Assembly: GCA_051954695.1 (NCBI GenBank)
Contig: JBQCHL010000025.1
Location: 30,852-94,851 of the forward strand
From: Chitinophagaceae bacterium
GTDB lineage: Bacteria > Bacteroidota > Bacteroidia > Chitinophagales > Chitinophagaceae
Length of the DNA: 64,000 nt
Reading direction: 5' to 3'
The notes under the pieces were generated by a model, which saw nothing but the letters and a program-made list of their open reading frames with translations, had not been told where the DNA came from and made no database searches. Position numbers and translations under genes: made by a program. Positions 55,915 to 64,000 of this stretch are shown here, one piece after another; within the stretch, counting starts at the first letter, position 1, and each line of letters begins with the position of its first letter.

Positions 55915-57741
55915 TTAGAGATTTATTTTCAAAACTACTTCTGTTCCCGCTGTTAAACCGTTCTTATCTTTTACATCATGGATAGTAAAATACGAGCTGG
56001 AAAATTTTCCTTTATTGAATAATGCCAATCTTGAAGCAGATAGTTTCTGACCCATGGATTCTACCGTCTTTGTTTTAAGTTTTGCGGCTTTTTCCATTCC
56101 TATCCCATTATCCTTTATAGAAATGACCAATTGGGTTTCTTTCCTGGTCAACTGAAGTTCAAGCCTGCCTTTTCCCTCTTTGTGCAGCAGTCCATGCCAT
56201 ATCGCATTTTCACAAAATGGTTGCAGAATAAAGCAGGGAACATTAACTATGGAAGGCTGAAGGCCCGGGCTGATACTGATCGTATACTCAAAAGCATCTT
56301 TAAACCGTAGTTGCTCCATATCCAGGTAAAGGCGGATCATATCCAGTTCCTCTTCCAGTGTGATGGATTCCTTACCGGCATTCACCAGCACCATTCGCAT
56401 CAGCCGGGAAAAGCGGGTAAGGTAATCAGATGCTTTATCTGTTTCATTGTCCAATATGAAATGATTGATAGCACTCAGGCAGTTGAAAATAAAATGAGGG
56501 TTCATCTGTGCCCGCAGGGCCTGCATTTCCAGTTCAGACGCCCTTTGCCTCAATCTTAATTTTTCATTATTGTGACGAAGTATCAGTAATACAATAATGA
56601 ACAGGGCGATCAGTCCCACAATCGCCATGGTGCGTTGGGCCAGTTTCTTATCTGCTTCCAAAGATTGCAGAGCGGCTGCCTGCTCTGCCTGTTGCGTTTT
56701 TTGACGGAAAGCAAAAAGCTGGCCTTTATACACATCCGATGAAGCAGCGTCATTCAAAGCCGCGTTCATTTTATGATAATACAATGCCTTGCGGATATCC
56801 CCGGTCGATTCATACAGTGATGATAAAAGCCCTGAAGCACTTTGGCGGTATTTGAACACTCCTTTTTCTTCAGCAACTTTAAAAGCCTGCATTGCCCAGG
56901 TCAATGCGGTTTTTGTATTGCCTTTTGCCTGTGCCACTTTTCCCAACCCGATCATTGCTCCAACATTTATATTGAAATCACCCGATCTTTCCGATTCGTG
57001 TTGAAGTGAATCCAGGTAAAAGAAAGCACTGTCTGGCTGATGTTTCAGCAGGAAGGCTTCGCCGATCCGCAAACGGACGATCCTGCTTGTTGGATTTCCA
57101 ATAAATGACTGGCGGTAAAAATAATCGGCAGAGTCGAGTTGTCCTTTGGCAACGTATAGTTCACCAATGCTGTGATTCAGCTCCCTGAACGGATAATTGC
57201 CAATGTATGGGTTTTCAGCCTTGGCTTTGGCATAATAAAATTGGGCCGTTTCATAATCTCCAATATTCTTATATAGTTTGCCGATTTGTACAAACGACAG
57301 AATTCTATTCTGTTTATCATTATTCCTATTCCTGGCCAGGGATTCTTGTATGGCTTTAAAGGCATTTTCATAGTCCCCAATATCGTCATAGATATTACTG
57401 AGTATCCTCAATGCACCAATAATATTGTCATCATCATCCTTAATAAATTGTTGGATGGCGAGTTTTACAGTGTCAGCCGCCTGGTGAAAATTGCCGGCAT
57501 ACCAGATAGCCTGACCAGCGCCGTACAGACCGCGGGCAACAAGCTGTTGATTGTCCAATTTCTTGGCTATATCAATTGCATCCAAAAATTCTTTTTTTGC
57601 TTCAGCAGGCCGGAACTGATAGAGTTGGTCATAACCACGGTTAATAAATTCATTGCATTTCCGGGTAGTAGGCAGCAGTTGAGCGTTTAGCTTTCCCCAG
57701 CATATAAAAACAAATGTGAGCAGCAATGCTTTTTTGAGCAT
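55915..57741 (-). CDS. TPR-containing LytS-type sensor histidine kinase
   Basis: ALRAQMNPHFIFNCL, LQPFCENAIWHG, DNGIG; alternative TTG start 57750. Confidence 0.93.
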   Translation of the reverse strand: MLKKALLLTFVFICWGKLNAQLLPTTRKCNEFINRGYDQLYQFRPAEAKKEFLDAIDIAKKLDNQQLVARGLYGAGQAIWYAGNFHQAADTVKLAIQQFIKDDDDNIIGALRILSNIYDDIGDYENAFKAIQESLARNRNNDKQNRILSFVQIGKLYKNIGDYETAQFYYAKAKAENPYIGNYPFRELNHSIGELYVAKGQLDSADYFYRQSFIGNPTSRIVRLRIGEAFLLKHQPDSAFFYLDSLQHESERSGDFNINVGAMIGLGKVAQAKGNTKTALTWAMQAFKVAEEKGVFKYRQSASGLLSSLYESTGDIRKALYYHKMNAALNDAASSDVYKGQLFAFRQKTQQAEQAAALQSLEADKKLAQRTMAIVGLIALFIIVLLILRHNNEKLRLRQRASELEMQALRAQMNPHFIFNCLSAINHFILDNETDKASDYLTRFSRLMRMVLVNAGKESITLEEELDMIRLYLDMEQLRFKDAFEYTISISPGLQPSIVNVPCFILQPFCENAIWHGLLHKEGKGRLELQLTRKETQLVISIKDNGIGMEKAAKLKTKTVESMGQKLSASRLALFNKGKFSSSYFTIHDVKDKNGLTAGTEVVLKINL

Positions 57742-57778
57742 GAGCAACAATTAATACCTAAAAATAAGGTAAGTGACC

Positions 57779-57814
57779 CATTCGTGCTCATTCGCTCCCA
57801 TTCGCGCGCATTCG
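57779..57814. repeat. Four CATTCG units phased at exactly 10 bp
   Basis: CATTCG at 57779, 57789, 57799, 57809. Confidence 0.75.
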
Positions 57815-57816
57815 TA

Positions 57817-58170
57817 TTATTTCCCCATGATGCGCTTTCTGTGCTGCGTACCCCAGGTATGTAAAGCCTTGATCACTGGCTGGAGGGACTCGCCATAATC
57901 TGTTAAAGAATATTCAACTGTAACCGGTATTGAATCATAAACCGTCCGCTTTACAAGCTGATTTGCTTCAAGGTCGCGGAGTTCTTTAGAAAGCATGCGA
58001 TCAGTTATTTCCGGGATCTCTTTGGCCATCTGACCAAACCGTTTATCACCCAGGCTGAGCGCAACAATGATCGGCAGCTTCCATTTTCCGTTAATTACTT
58101 CCAGAGCATCACGGACCGGTCTTATCATCCCATTACATTTTTCCGCGTCAAGGTCTTTTCGCTTAATCAT
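57817..58170 (-). CDS. HxlR/DUF24 family winged-helix regulator
   Basis: ALEVINGKWKLPII, ITDRMLSKELRDLE, VEYSLTDYG. Confidence 0.93.
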   Translation of the reverse strand: MIKRKDLDAEKCNGMIRPVRDALEVINGKWKLPIIVALSLGDKRFGQMAKEIPEITDRMLSKELRDLEANQLVKRTVYDSIPVTVEYSLTDYGESLQPVIKALHTWGTQHRKRIMGK

Positions 58171-58190
58171 AAATCATTATTAAACAGATC

Positions 58191-58243
58191 ACTATACTCT
58201 TGTATAGTACTACTCAAAGGTATAGTACTTACAAAAGTATAGT
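58191..58243. promoter_or_regulatory. Three tandem palindromic operators ACTATAC-N4-GTATAGT (putative HxlR sites)
   Basis: GTATAGT at 58202, 58220, 58237 with left half-sites ACTATAC, ACTACTC, ACTTAC; -7 box TAATTTTG at 58253-58260. Confidence 0.6.
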
Positions 58244-58318
58244 AAAGGTAAATAATTTTGTTATCTCAAAACAGATTTTACCACACATCGCTTTGTTAAA
58301 GCCAATAATTAATCAATC

Positions 58319-58918
58319 ATGAAAACTATTTTAAAAGTGACCTCCAGTGCAAGAGGTACTTATTCCAACAGCAATCAACTGGCAAATGAAATTGTTGCCA
58401 GGCTTCAGCAAAATAACCCTGGAGCAACAGTTATAGAGCGGAATCTTGTATCACAAAAATATCCCCACCTTGAGGAATCCCACCTGGCTGCTTTTTTTGC
58501 GCCACCGGAAAATGATACACCACAAACCAAAGCAGCGGCCAGTCATTCGGATGAAGCCATCACAGAACTGGAAAAGGCAGACAGTATCGTTATCGGTGTT
58601 CCGATCTATAATTTCAATATTCCGTCTGCATTGAAAGCATGGATTGACCATATCGTACGTGCAAGGAAAACATTTTCTTATGCAAGCGGTTCGCCGGAAG
58701 GTTTATTGAAAGGAAAAAAAGTATACCTCGCCATTGCTTCAGGAGGAGTTTATTCTGATGGTCCTATGAAGTCGCTTGATTTTGCAGAGCCTTATCTGAA
58801 AGCTGTTTTAAGTTTTATCGGGCTTTCAGATATTACGGTATTCAGGGTAGAAGGGGTGAATATACCCGGAGTTCAGGAAACAGCATTGGAAAAAGGATTG
58901 GCAAGCGTGGCAGTTTGA
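58319..58918 (+). CDS. azoR: FMN-dependent NADH-azoreductase
   Basis: SSARGTYSNS, VPIYNFNIPSALKAWIDH, TFSY....PEGL, SGGVY. Confidence 0.92.
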   Translation: MKTILKVTSSARGTYSNSNQLANEIVARLQQNNPGATVIERNLVSQKYPHLEESHLAAFFAPPENDTPQTKAAASHSDEAITELEKADSIVIGVPIYNFNIPSALKAWIDHIVRARKTFSYASGSPEGLLKGKKVYLAIASGGVYSDGPMKSLDFAEPYLKAVLSFIGLSDITVFRVEGVNIPGVQETALEKGLASVAV

Positions 58919-58950
58919 TCATTCATCCCAACCTACCTGAATAAAAACAA

Positions 58951-58989
58951 GAACGCAACGTATACGCCAGGCGCGCAACGTTGCGTTCT
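58951..58989. repeat. Inverted repeat (REP-like/terminator) between convergent genes
   Basis: AGAACGCAACG / CGTTGCGTTCT; resembles core of 18478-18542. Confidence 0.6.
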
Positions 58990-59002
58990 CTTTACTTAAA
59001 GA

Positions 59003-59590
59003 TCACTCGATTGTTTCGCCCTGCTCATCGTCTTCCCTGTCCTTTTCATAAATCAGCACCCGTACTTTCCATTCCAGCATTTCATACTGCAAGGAAATTT
59101 CCAGTTTCATTCTTTGGATAATGCGGTCTGCTTTTTCAAAGGTCAGCACAACGCTCGTAAATTTCTTTTCCTCCACCGGGTTATCATACTTCCCGGTAAG
59201 ATAAAAAGTGTCGCCATAGTCCATTTTCACAGAAAGATTATTCAGTGCATTATAAATGGCCCTGAATTTCTTCTTGGCGATTTCAAAATCCTCTGTAGTC
59301 AGCATCAGCGCCTGCCAACTGAACACGTTATTGTCTTTGGAAGAATAACGTGTGATGCTGGATGATTCAGCACCGCTTACTTCAAATTTGCATGCATAGT
59401 TAATGCTCTGCGGATTTTCTTCAACTACTCCACCTTGCAGACTGGCAAAGTGATGCGGATAATCGCGGATCACTTTCTTCATGTCTGAACTTAATGGATT
59501 AGCACCTGGAAAACGAACTTGGGAACTGGCGGGAAAGACGAGGGCAATAGAAAGCCCTGTAAAAAATAGGGATTTTACGATTCTTTTCAC
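59003..59590 (-). CDS. Hypothetical exported protein
   Basis: 195-aa ORF with signal peptide (PASSQ). Confidence 0.7.
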   Translation of the reverse strand: MKRIVKSLFFTGLSIALVFPASSQVRFPGANPLSSDMKKVIRDYPHHFASLQGGVVEENPQSINYACKFEVSGAESSSITRYSSKDNNVFSWQALMLTTEDFEIAKKKFRAIYNALNNLSVKMDYGDTFYLTGKYDNPVEEKKFTSVVLTFEKADRIIQRMKLEISLQYEMLEWKVRVLIYEKDREDDEQGETIE

Positions 59591-59700
59591 AAGTAATGGA
59601 TTATTAAGGTTAATAAGTGCGCAAATATTATAAAATATCAGTTTGATTATATACTTTCAGCAAAGTTTTTTCGTTAACCGAGTTATAAAACAAGTCCTAT

Positions 59701-59856
59701 ATGAAAAACAAGAGCATCATTCACTCTCATGAAGAGGCAAAAATTTATAAACGATATTATAAGCCTTCCTTCAATGTTCTGCTTCTTCTCAAATCTGTTT
59801 TAGCTGTTTTTATTTCAGGAGCATCACCAGCAGCAAGCAGTATCAGAAGAAGATAA
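59701..59856 (+). CDS. Candidate 51-aa small ORF (below ORF-track cutoff)
   Basis: ATG..TAA: MKNKSIIHSHEEAKIYKRYYKPSFNVLLLLKSVLAVFISGASPAASSIRRR, followed by plus-strand terminator. Confidence 0.35.
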   Translation: MKNKSIIHSHEEAKIYKRYYKPSFNVLLLLKSVLAVFISGASPAASSIRRR

Positions 59857-59888
59857 ATCTCGTTACTTACTAACCCCCTTAAATAGTC

Positions 59889-59917
59889 AAGTCCTTCCGG
59901 TTTCGGAAGGACTTTTT
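59889..59917 (+). terminator. Rho-independent terminator (U-tract on plus strand)
   Basis: AAGTCCTTCCG-GTTT-CGGAAGGACTT-TTT. Confidence 0.75.
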
Positions 59918-59962
59918 CCTTTGTACTAATTATGACCGATGGGTTAATTGTTGATGATAAGA

Positions 59963-62845
59963 TCAATCCATCCGGATCTTTTCCATACTTCTGTTCATCA
60001 TTCTGTTGTTCATACCTGGCATAGGCATGGCTTGTGTGCTCTGCCCTCCCATCCTGTTCAGGTTGAACAAAAAGCTGACCATGAAATAACGGCGCAACAC
60101 CATGCTACGGGTATCTTCCACATAGTTGTCGGCTGCATTACGGAGCACACTCTGGTTCTGGTTAAGGATATCGTTCACAGAAAACCGGAGCTCACCATTC
60201 TTCTTTTTGAATATTTGTTTGCGCAAACTGGCATTCCATAAGGGAATGCTTTGGTTATAACCGTCTGCACGGCCAGTGTTGATCATGTAGGAGAAATCGC
60301 TGGCAAGGATAAAACTAAACGGCAGGTTGTAAGACGCGTCCAATGAATAGTTTTGCGTCAGGTAACCTTCATTCAGGGTTTTATCTACAGTATATTTTAC
60401 ATCATTATAAGTAAGATTGGCCCTTAGTCCTATATCATATTTTTCTTTGTTAAGGTTAACACCAACCCCCTGTGTGATCATGAATGTGCGGGTATAATTC
60501 TTTTGTCTTCTTACCATGCTCACATCCTGCGTGTAAGACATATTGTTGGTGAAATTGAGGCTTGATCCTTTCCATTTCGGGTTTTTGAACGGCAACCCTA
60601 ATGTAATGAATGAACTTCCCCGGTAATAACCATTCAGGTTAAGATATTCTGTGATCTGCTGCGGACCATTTACCGTAATGCTGTTCACGATCTTGTTCTG
60701 TGTAGTAGAAAAGCTCAGATTAGCCGCCAGTAACTTAAAGGTCAGGATATTGAAACTGTTATAACCAATGGTAAAATTATGATTGAACTCCTGCTTCAGG
60801 AAGGGGTTACCGATCTTGATATTCAATGTGTCTGTGGCATCCGGCACATTCTGCAACTGGGAAAGCGAAGGCTGGTTGGTTCGGCCGTTATAATTGAAGC
60901 GGAGGTTTTTACTCTTTGTTGGCGTGAAATTGAAACTGGCCACCGGGAACAGGTTGGTATAGTTCGCTTTGTTCATTGAGTCCTTACCTGTCATTGCCTG
61001 GTAGCTTTTACTTTCCAGCGATGAGCGTTCTACACCCAAGCCTACCTGGTAATTATATTTTTTATTCTGCACCCGGAAGTTGAACCCTACCCGATGCGCC
61101 AGGAAAGTATTTTTAAAATTGTTGGTGAGCAAGAGATTGGGTACTTCATATTTACCGGATACAGGATCAAAGTTATATCCCTGGCGGTCTGATGTGTTGA
61201 CGTTATGCGAATACCGGTAATTTACTTCCAGCAATTTATTCAGCCCGAACGGCTCGGTATAAGAGGTACTGAATACATTATTATTGGTATTCGTTTTCTG
61301 CATCGTCCGCTGGTTTTGGTTAACGGACTTGTAAGCAACACCATTTTCTAGAAAGAAATCATTATTGGAAATGGTATATCCATTGCTTTCGCTATTACCA
61401 AATGTATTATTCCAGCCAAGGGTGACCGTTCTTCCCGTTTTGCCGAATTTATGGCGGTATAAAAGATTATTGTTCCAGTTCAACCCATCCCGCTTATTGC
61501 TGTTATCAGTTTTGCCGGCAACGGCAAGATATTCCTGCCCGCCTTGCTGCGTAATGGAAGAAGTGGTGTCAAAAGAATAGCTTTCAGAATGTTGTTGGGT
61601 GATCGACGGTGTGTACAGGATAGAGTTCATCGAGTCTATCTGGTATTCAAACCGCAGATTGAAGCGATGGTTCCTGTTTTTACTTAATGAGCTTGATTCT
61701 TTATCGCGGATAGCGATGGAGTCCTCATAGGTTGTTCTGCGCAGGCTGCTTTGTTGCTGGTTATTGTCAGAATTGGAATAGAAATAACTACCGGTCACTT
61801 TGATCTTGCTGCCCCACTGGTCAGAATAGTTCAGGCCGGCGGAAAGGGATTTGATAATACCCGTGCTACCACCGCCGCCAAAACCTCCACCGCGGATCTG
61901 CATGCCGCCCATGCCGCCACCCATCATCATCATTCCTCCTCCACCGCCGCCGCCAAACCCGCCGAAACCTCCCATGGAGCTGATGATATCAGAAAAAGAA
62001 AAGCCCTGTTTATTGATATTATTGGTATTGAATAGAAGGGAAAGGCGTTGATTGCCATTGAATTTATTGATACTGAGATTGCCTTCATACCGGTCATTAC
62101 TGCCATAAGCAGCAGTAGCGCGGCCGAAATAACCTTTATTACGGTCCTTTTTGAGTTTGATGTTTAAGGTCTTTGTACGGCTTCCATCATCTATCTTGGT
62201 AAACTTTGCCTGATCGCTCATATCATCAAACACCTGCACGCTTTCGATCATATCGGCTGTAATGTTCTTTGTGGCCAGCTTGGGGTCATTGCCAAAAAAC
62301 TCTTTACCGTCCACATACACTTTCTGTACCTGCTCACCCTGCGATTTTACGTTTCCTTCCTTATCCACTTCCATGCCTGGCAGTTTTTTGATCAGGTCTT
62401 CTGCAGTAGCATTTGGTTGCGTTTTGAAACCACTGGCATTAAACTGAACGGTATCATTCTTTACTACGATAGGCGCTTCGTTGGTGACCACTACCCCTTC
62501 CAGGGTTTTGAAATCCTTGGCAGGATTGATCTCTCCTACATTCACCTGCTTTTTGTCGTCTGTAATGGAAACGTTCTTCTTTATTTCCATATACACCTGG
62601 TGGGTGATAATTAGCCGGTAATTACCGATGGCCAGGCCTTTTATTTCAAAAAGCCCCTGCTTGTTTGTTAATGTAAAAGTGACCAGGGAAGAGTCCTTTG
62701 CCTGAACCAGCGAAACGGTGGCGTCGCTGATGGGTTGCTTACTGGCTGTATCTACCAATTTGCCGGTAATACTGCCGTCTGCTTTTTGAGCATAACTACT
62801 ATAGAACACAAAGGATAAGGCTAAAAGCGCTAAAATTTTTCTCAT
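59963..62845 (-). CDS. Outer-membrane beta-barrel protein with carboxypeptidase-regulatory N-domain
   Basis: [31 protein letters not shown], Gly/Met-rich linker, GNP.LKQEF, DILNQN. Confidence 0.88.
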   Translation of the reverse strand: MRKILALLALSFVFYSSYAQKADGSITGKLVDTASKQPISDATVSLVQAKDSSLVTFTLTNKQGLFEIKGLAIGNYRLIITHQVYMEIKKNVSITDDKKQVNVGEINPAKDFKTLEGVVVTNEAPIVVKNDTVQFNASGFKTQPNATAEDLIKKLPGMEVDKEGNVKSQGEQVQKVYVDGKEFFGNDPKLATKNITADMIESVQVFDDMSDQAKFTKIDDGSRTKTLNIKLKKDRNKGYFGRATAAYGSNDRYEGNLSINKFNGNQRLSLLFNTNNINKQGFSFSDIISSMGGFGGFGGGGGGGMMMMGGGMGGMQIRGGGFGGGGSTGIIKSLSAGLNYSDQWGSKIKVTGSYFYSNSDNNQQQSSLRRTTYEDSIAIRDKESSSLSKNRNHRFNLRFEYQIDSMNSILYTPSITQQHSESYSFDTTSSITQQGGQEYLAVAGKTDNSNKRDGLNWNNNLLYRHKFGKTGRTVTLGWNNTFGNSESNGYTISNNDFFLENGVAYKSVNQNQRTMQKTNTNNNVFSTSYTEPFGLNKLLEVNYRYSHNVNTSDRQGYNFDPVSGKYEVPNLLLTNNFKNTFLAHRVGFNFRVQNKKYNYQVGLGVERSSLESKSYQAMTGKDSMNKANYTNLFPVASFNFTPTKSKNLRFNYNGRTNQPSLSQLQNVPDATDTLNIKIGNPFLKQEFNHNFTIGYNSFNILTFKLLAANLSFSTTQNKIVNSITVNGPQQITEYLNLNGYYRGSSFITLGLPFKNPKWKGSSLNFTNNMSYTQDVSMVRRQKNYTRTFMITQGVGVNLNKEKYDIGLRANLTYNDVKYTVDKTLNEGYLTQNYSLDASYNLPFSFILASDFSYMINTGRADGYNQSIPLWNASLRKQIFKKKNGELRFSVNDILNQNQSVLRNAADNYVEDTRSMVLRRYFMVSFLFNLNRMGGQSTQAMPMPGMNNRMMNRSMEKIRMD

Positions 62846-62962
62846 AAATTGATTAAACGGTGGTGTACGAAGTTAGACGTAATGGCCTGGATTTCCCTGC
62901 GCAGTAAATAGAGGAAGGGGGTCAAAACCGGATGAATGGCGAGAATGTATCGACAGATAGGC

Positions 62963-63116
62963 CCTTTTCAATTGTCACCCCGGCCCAGGTTTAAGAAAAT
63001 TAACAGGTATAGTACACTAAGAGCCGGGGTCTCCCCAACGGTGAGGAAACCCCGGCTCTTATATTCTTTAAACTAATACGCTTACTGAACCAGGACCGGG
63101 GTGACAATTGAAAAGG
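62963..63116. mobile_element. MITE-like nested inverted-repeat element (~154 bp)
   Basis: 21-bp perfect terminal IR (31 bp with 3 mismatches) CCTTTTCAATTGTCACCCCGG; inner 12-bp IR AAGAGCCGGGGT/ACCCCGGCTCTT; no TSD seen. Confidence 0.45.
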
Positions 63117-63158
63117 AACTACTGGCCTCCGGCCTGCGTAAAGATTCGGCCAATGAGC

Positions 63159-64000
63159 CTAGCTAAACAAATACTCTACATCCTCCTTGCTCAGGCTCTT
63201 CACAAATGATGCGTCATCAGCAATCAGATCTTTTGCCAGCGCACGTTTCTTATCCTGCAACTGCAATATCTTATCCTCAATCGTATCACGGCAGATCATT
63301 CTGTAAGCAAAGATGTTTTTCGTTTGCCCGATCCGGTGGGTCCGGTCGATTGCTTGCTGCTCCACGGCAGGGTTCCACCAGGGGTCTACGATGTATACAT
63401 AATCTGCCGCGGTCAGGTTCAAACCCACACCACCCGCTTTCAGGGAGATCAGGAACACCCTCACGCTTTCATCATTCTGAAAACTTTGGATAGCTTTTTC
63501 CCTGTCTGGTGCAGACGTGCTTCCATCAAAGTATTCATACTTCACGCCAAGCTCATCCAGCTTGGCTTTGATCAGCGCCAGCATACCCAGGAACTGGGAA
63601 AACACCAGTGCTTTGTGGTTACTGATATTTTCTGTGATCTCGCGGCCCAGCTCTTCAAGTTTGATAGAGTGGTTATCAAATTTCTCTTCTTCATTTAAGA
63701 TAGCCGGCGAGTCGCAGATCTGACGAAGCTTCATCAGGCCCTGCAGGATGGTTAGTTGTGAACGCTGTATTCCCTGTTCTTGTATGGTGCCCAGGATACG
63801 ATCGCGGAAATCATTGCGGTAGGCATCATAGATCTTGCGTTGTTCATCTTCCATTTCGCACCAAAGGATCATTTCCTGTTTTTCGGGAAGATCTTTCGCC
63901 ACCTGCTCCTTTGTTCTTCTTAATATAAATGGATACAGGATCTTTTTCAGATGCTCTTTGCGGTCCTGCTCACCAAACTTATCAATGGGTATGGCAAATT
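63159..64000 (-). CDS. SNF2 family helicase, C-terminal part (5'-truncated by window end)
   Basis: PFILRRTK, LMKLRQICDSP, LVFSQF, LISLKAGGVGLNL, DPWWNPAVEQQAIDRTHRIGQ; frame open to window end. Confidence 0.95.
   Translation of the reverse strand, partial: FAIPIDKFGEQDRKEHLKKILYPFILRRTKEQVAKDLPEKQEMILWCEMEDEQRKIYDAYRNDFRDRILGTIQEQGIQRSQLTILQGLMKLRQICDSPAILNEEEKFDNHSIKLEELGREITENISNHKALVFSQFLGMLALIKAKLDELGVKYEYFDGSTSAPDREKAIQSFQNDESVRVFLISLKAGGVGLNLTAADYVYIVDPWWNPAVEQQAIDRTHRIGQTKNIFAYRMICRDTIEDKILQLQDKKRALAKDLIADDASFVKSLSKEDVEYLFS

Noticed and set aside
57779-58243. Short repeat arrays as CRISPR
   Set aside because: Units are 6-18 bp without unique 30-40-bp spacers, and no cas genes are present.
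59757-59966. 69-aa minus-strand ORF after the beta-barrel gene
   Set aside because: Runs through a strong hairpin and has no motif; the plus-strand sORF fits the terminator orientation better.
61868-61975. Gly/Met-rich low-complexity stretch as a contingency repeat
   Set aside because: Codons are mixed and in frame, consistent with a flexible linker rather than a slippage tract.

Overview
Bacteroidota DNA, most consistent with Chitinophagaceae (TAnnTTTG promoters, SusC/SusD, alternative complex III, mqnC). No rRNA, tRNA, CRISPR, integrase or transposase was seen. 1-14.5 kb is an accessory locus. It holds two paralogous cassettes, each a thioredoxin-fold(CxxC)/DUF3738-like protein convergent with a ~100-aa secreted two-Cys (CX7C) peptide. 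These flank a GNAT/MarR/SIMPL insert and an AraC-HTH-ECF sigma-FecR-SusC-SusD unit, and the second cassette ends in a MauE/DoxX membrane protein. Both peptide genes are preceded at the same distance by a conserved, apparently structured non-coding motif (TTGCAA, a spacer that forms a clear hairpin in copy 2, then CAGG..AGCCGAA..CCTGT-ATAAAAAA-GYAGGCA). This peptide/redox/TonB/RNA-motif system is the best candidate for an undescribed system. 14.5-18.4 kb: degenerate SDR, Na+/H+ antiporter, AraC and Atu4866 protein, with a shared 67-bp promoter architecture. 18.6-35 kb: complete alternative complex III (actABCDEF) plus aa3-type cytochrome c oxidase operon. 35-64 kb: housekeeping genes (DUF6787-PurN fusion, serine hydrolase, D-aminoacylase, two two-component systems, fused 2-oxoacid dehydrogenase E1, M16 pair, mqnC, HxlR/azoR, OM beta-barrels, SNF2 helicase cut by the window end) with several REP/MITE-like inverted repeats and operator arrays. 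All alignments, counts and foldings were done by eye; family names come from recalled motifs, not database searches.
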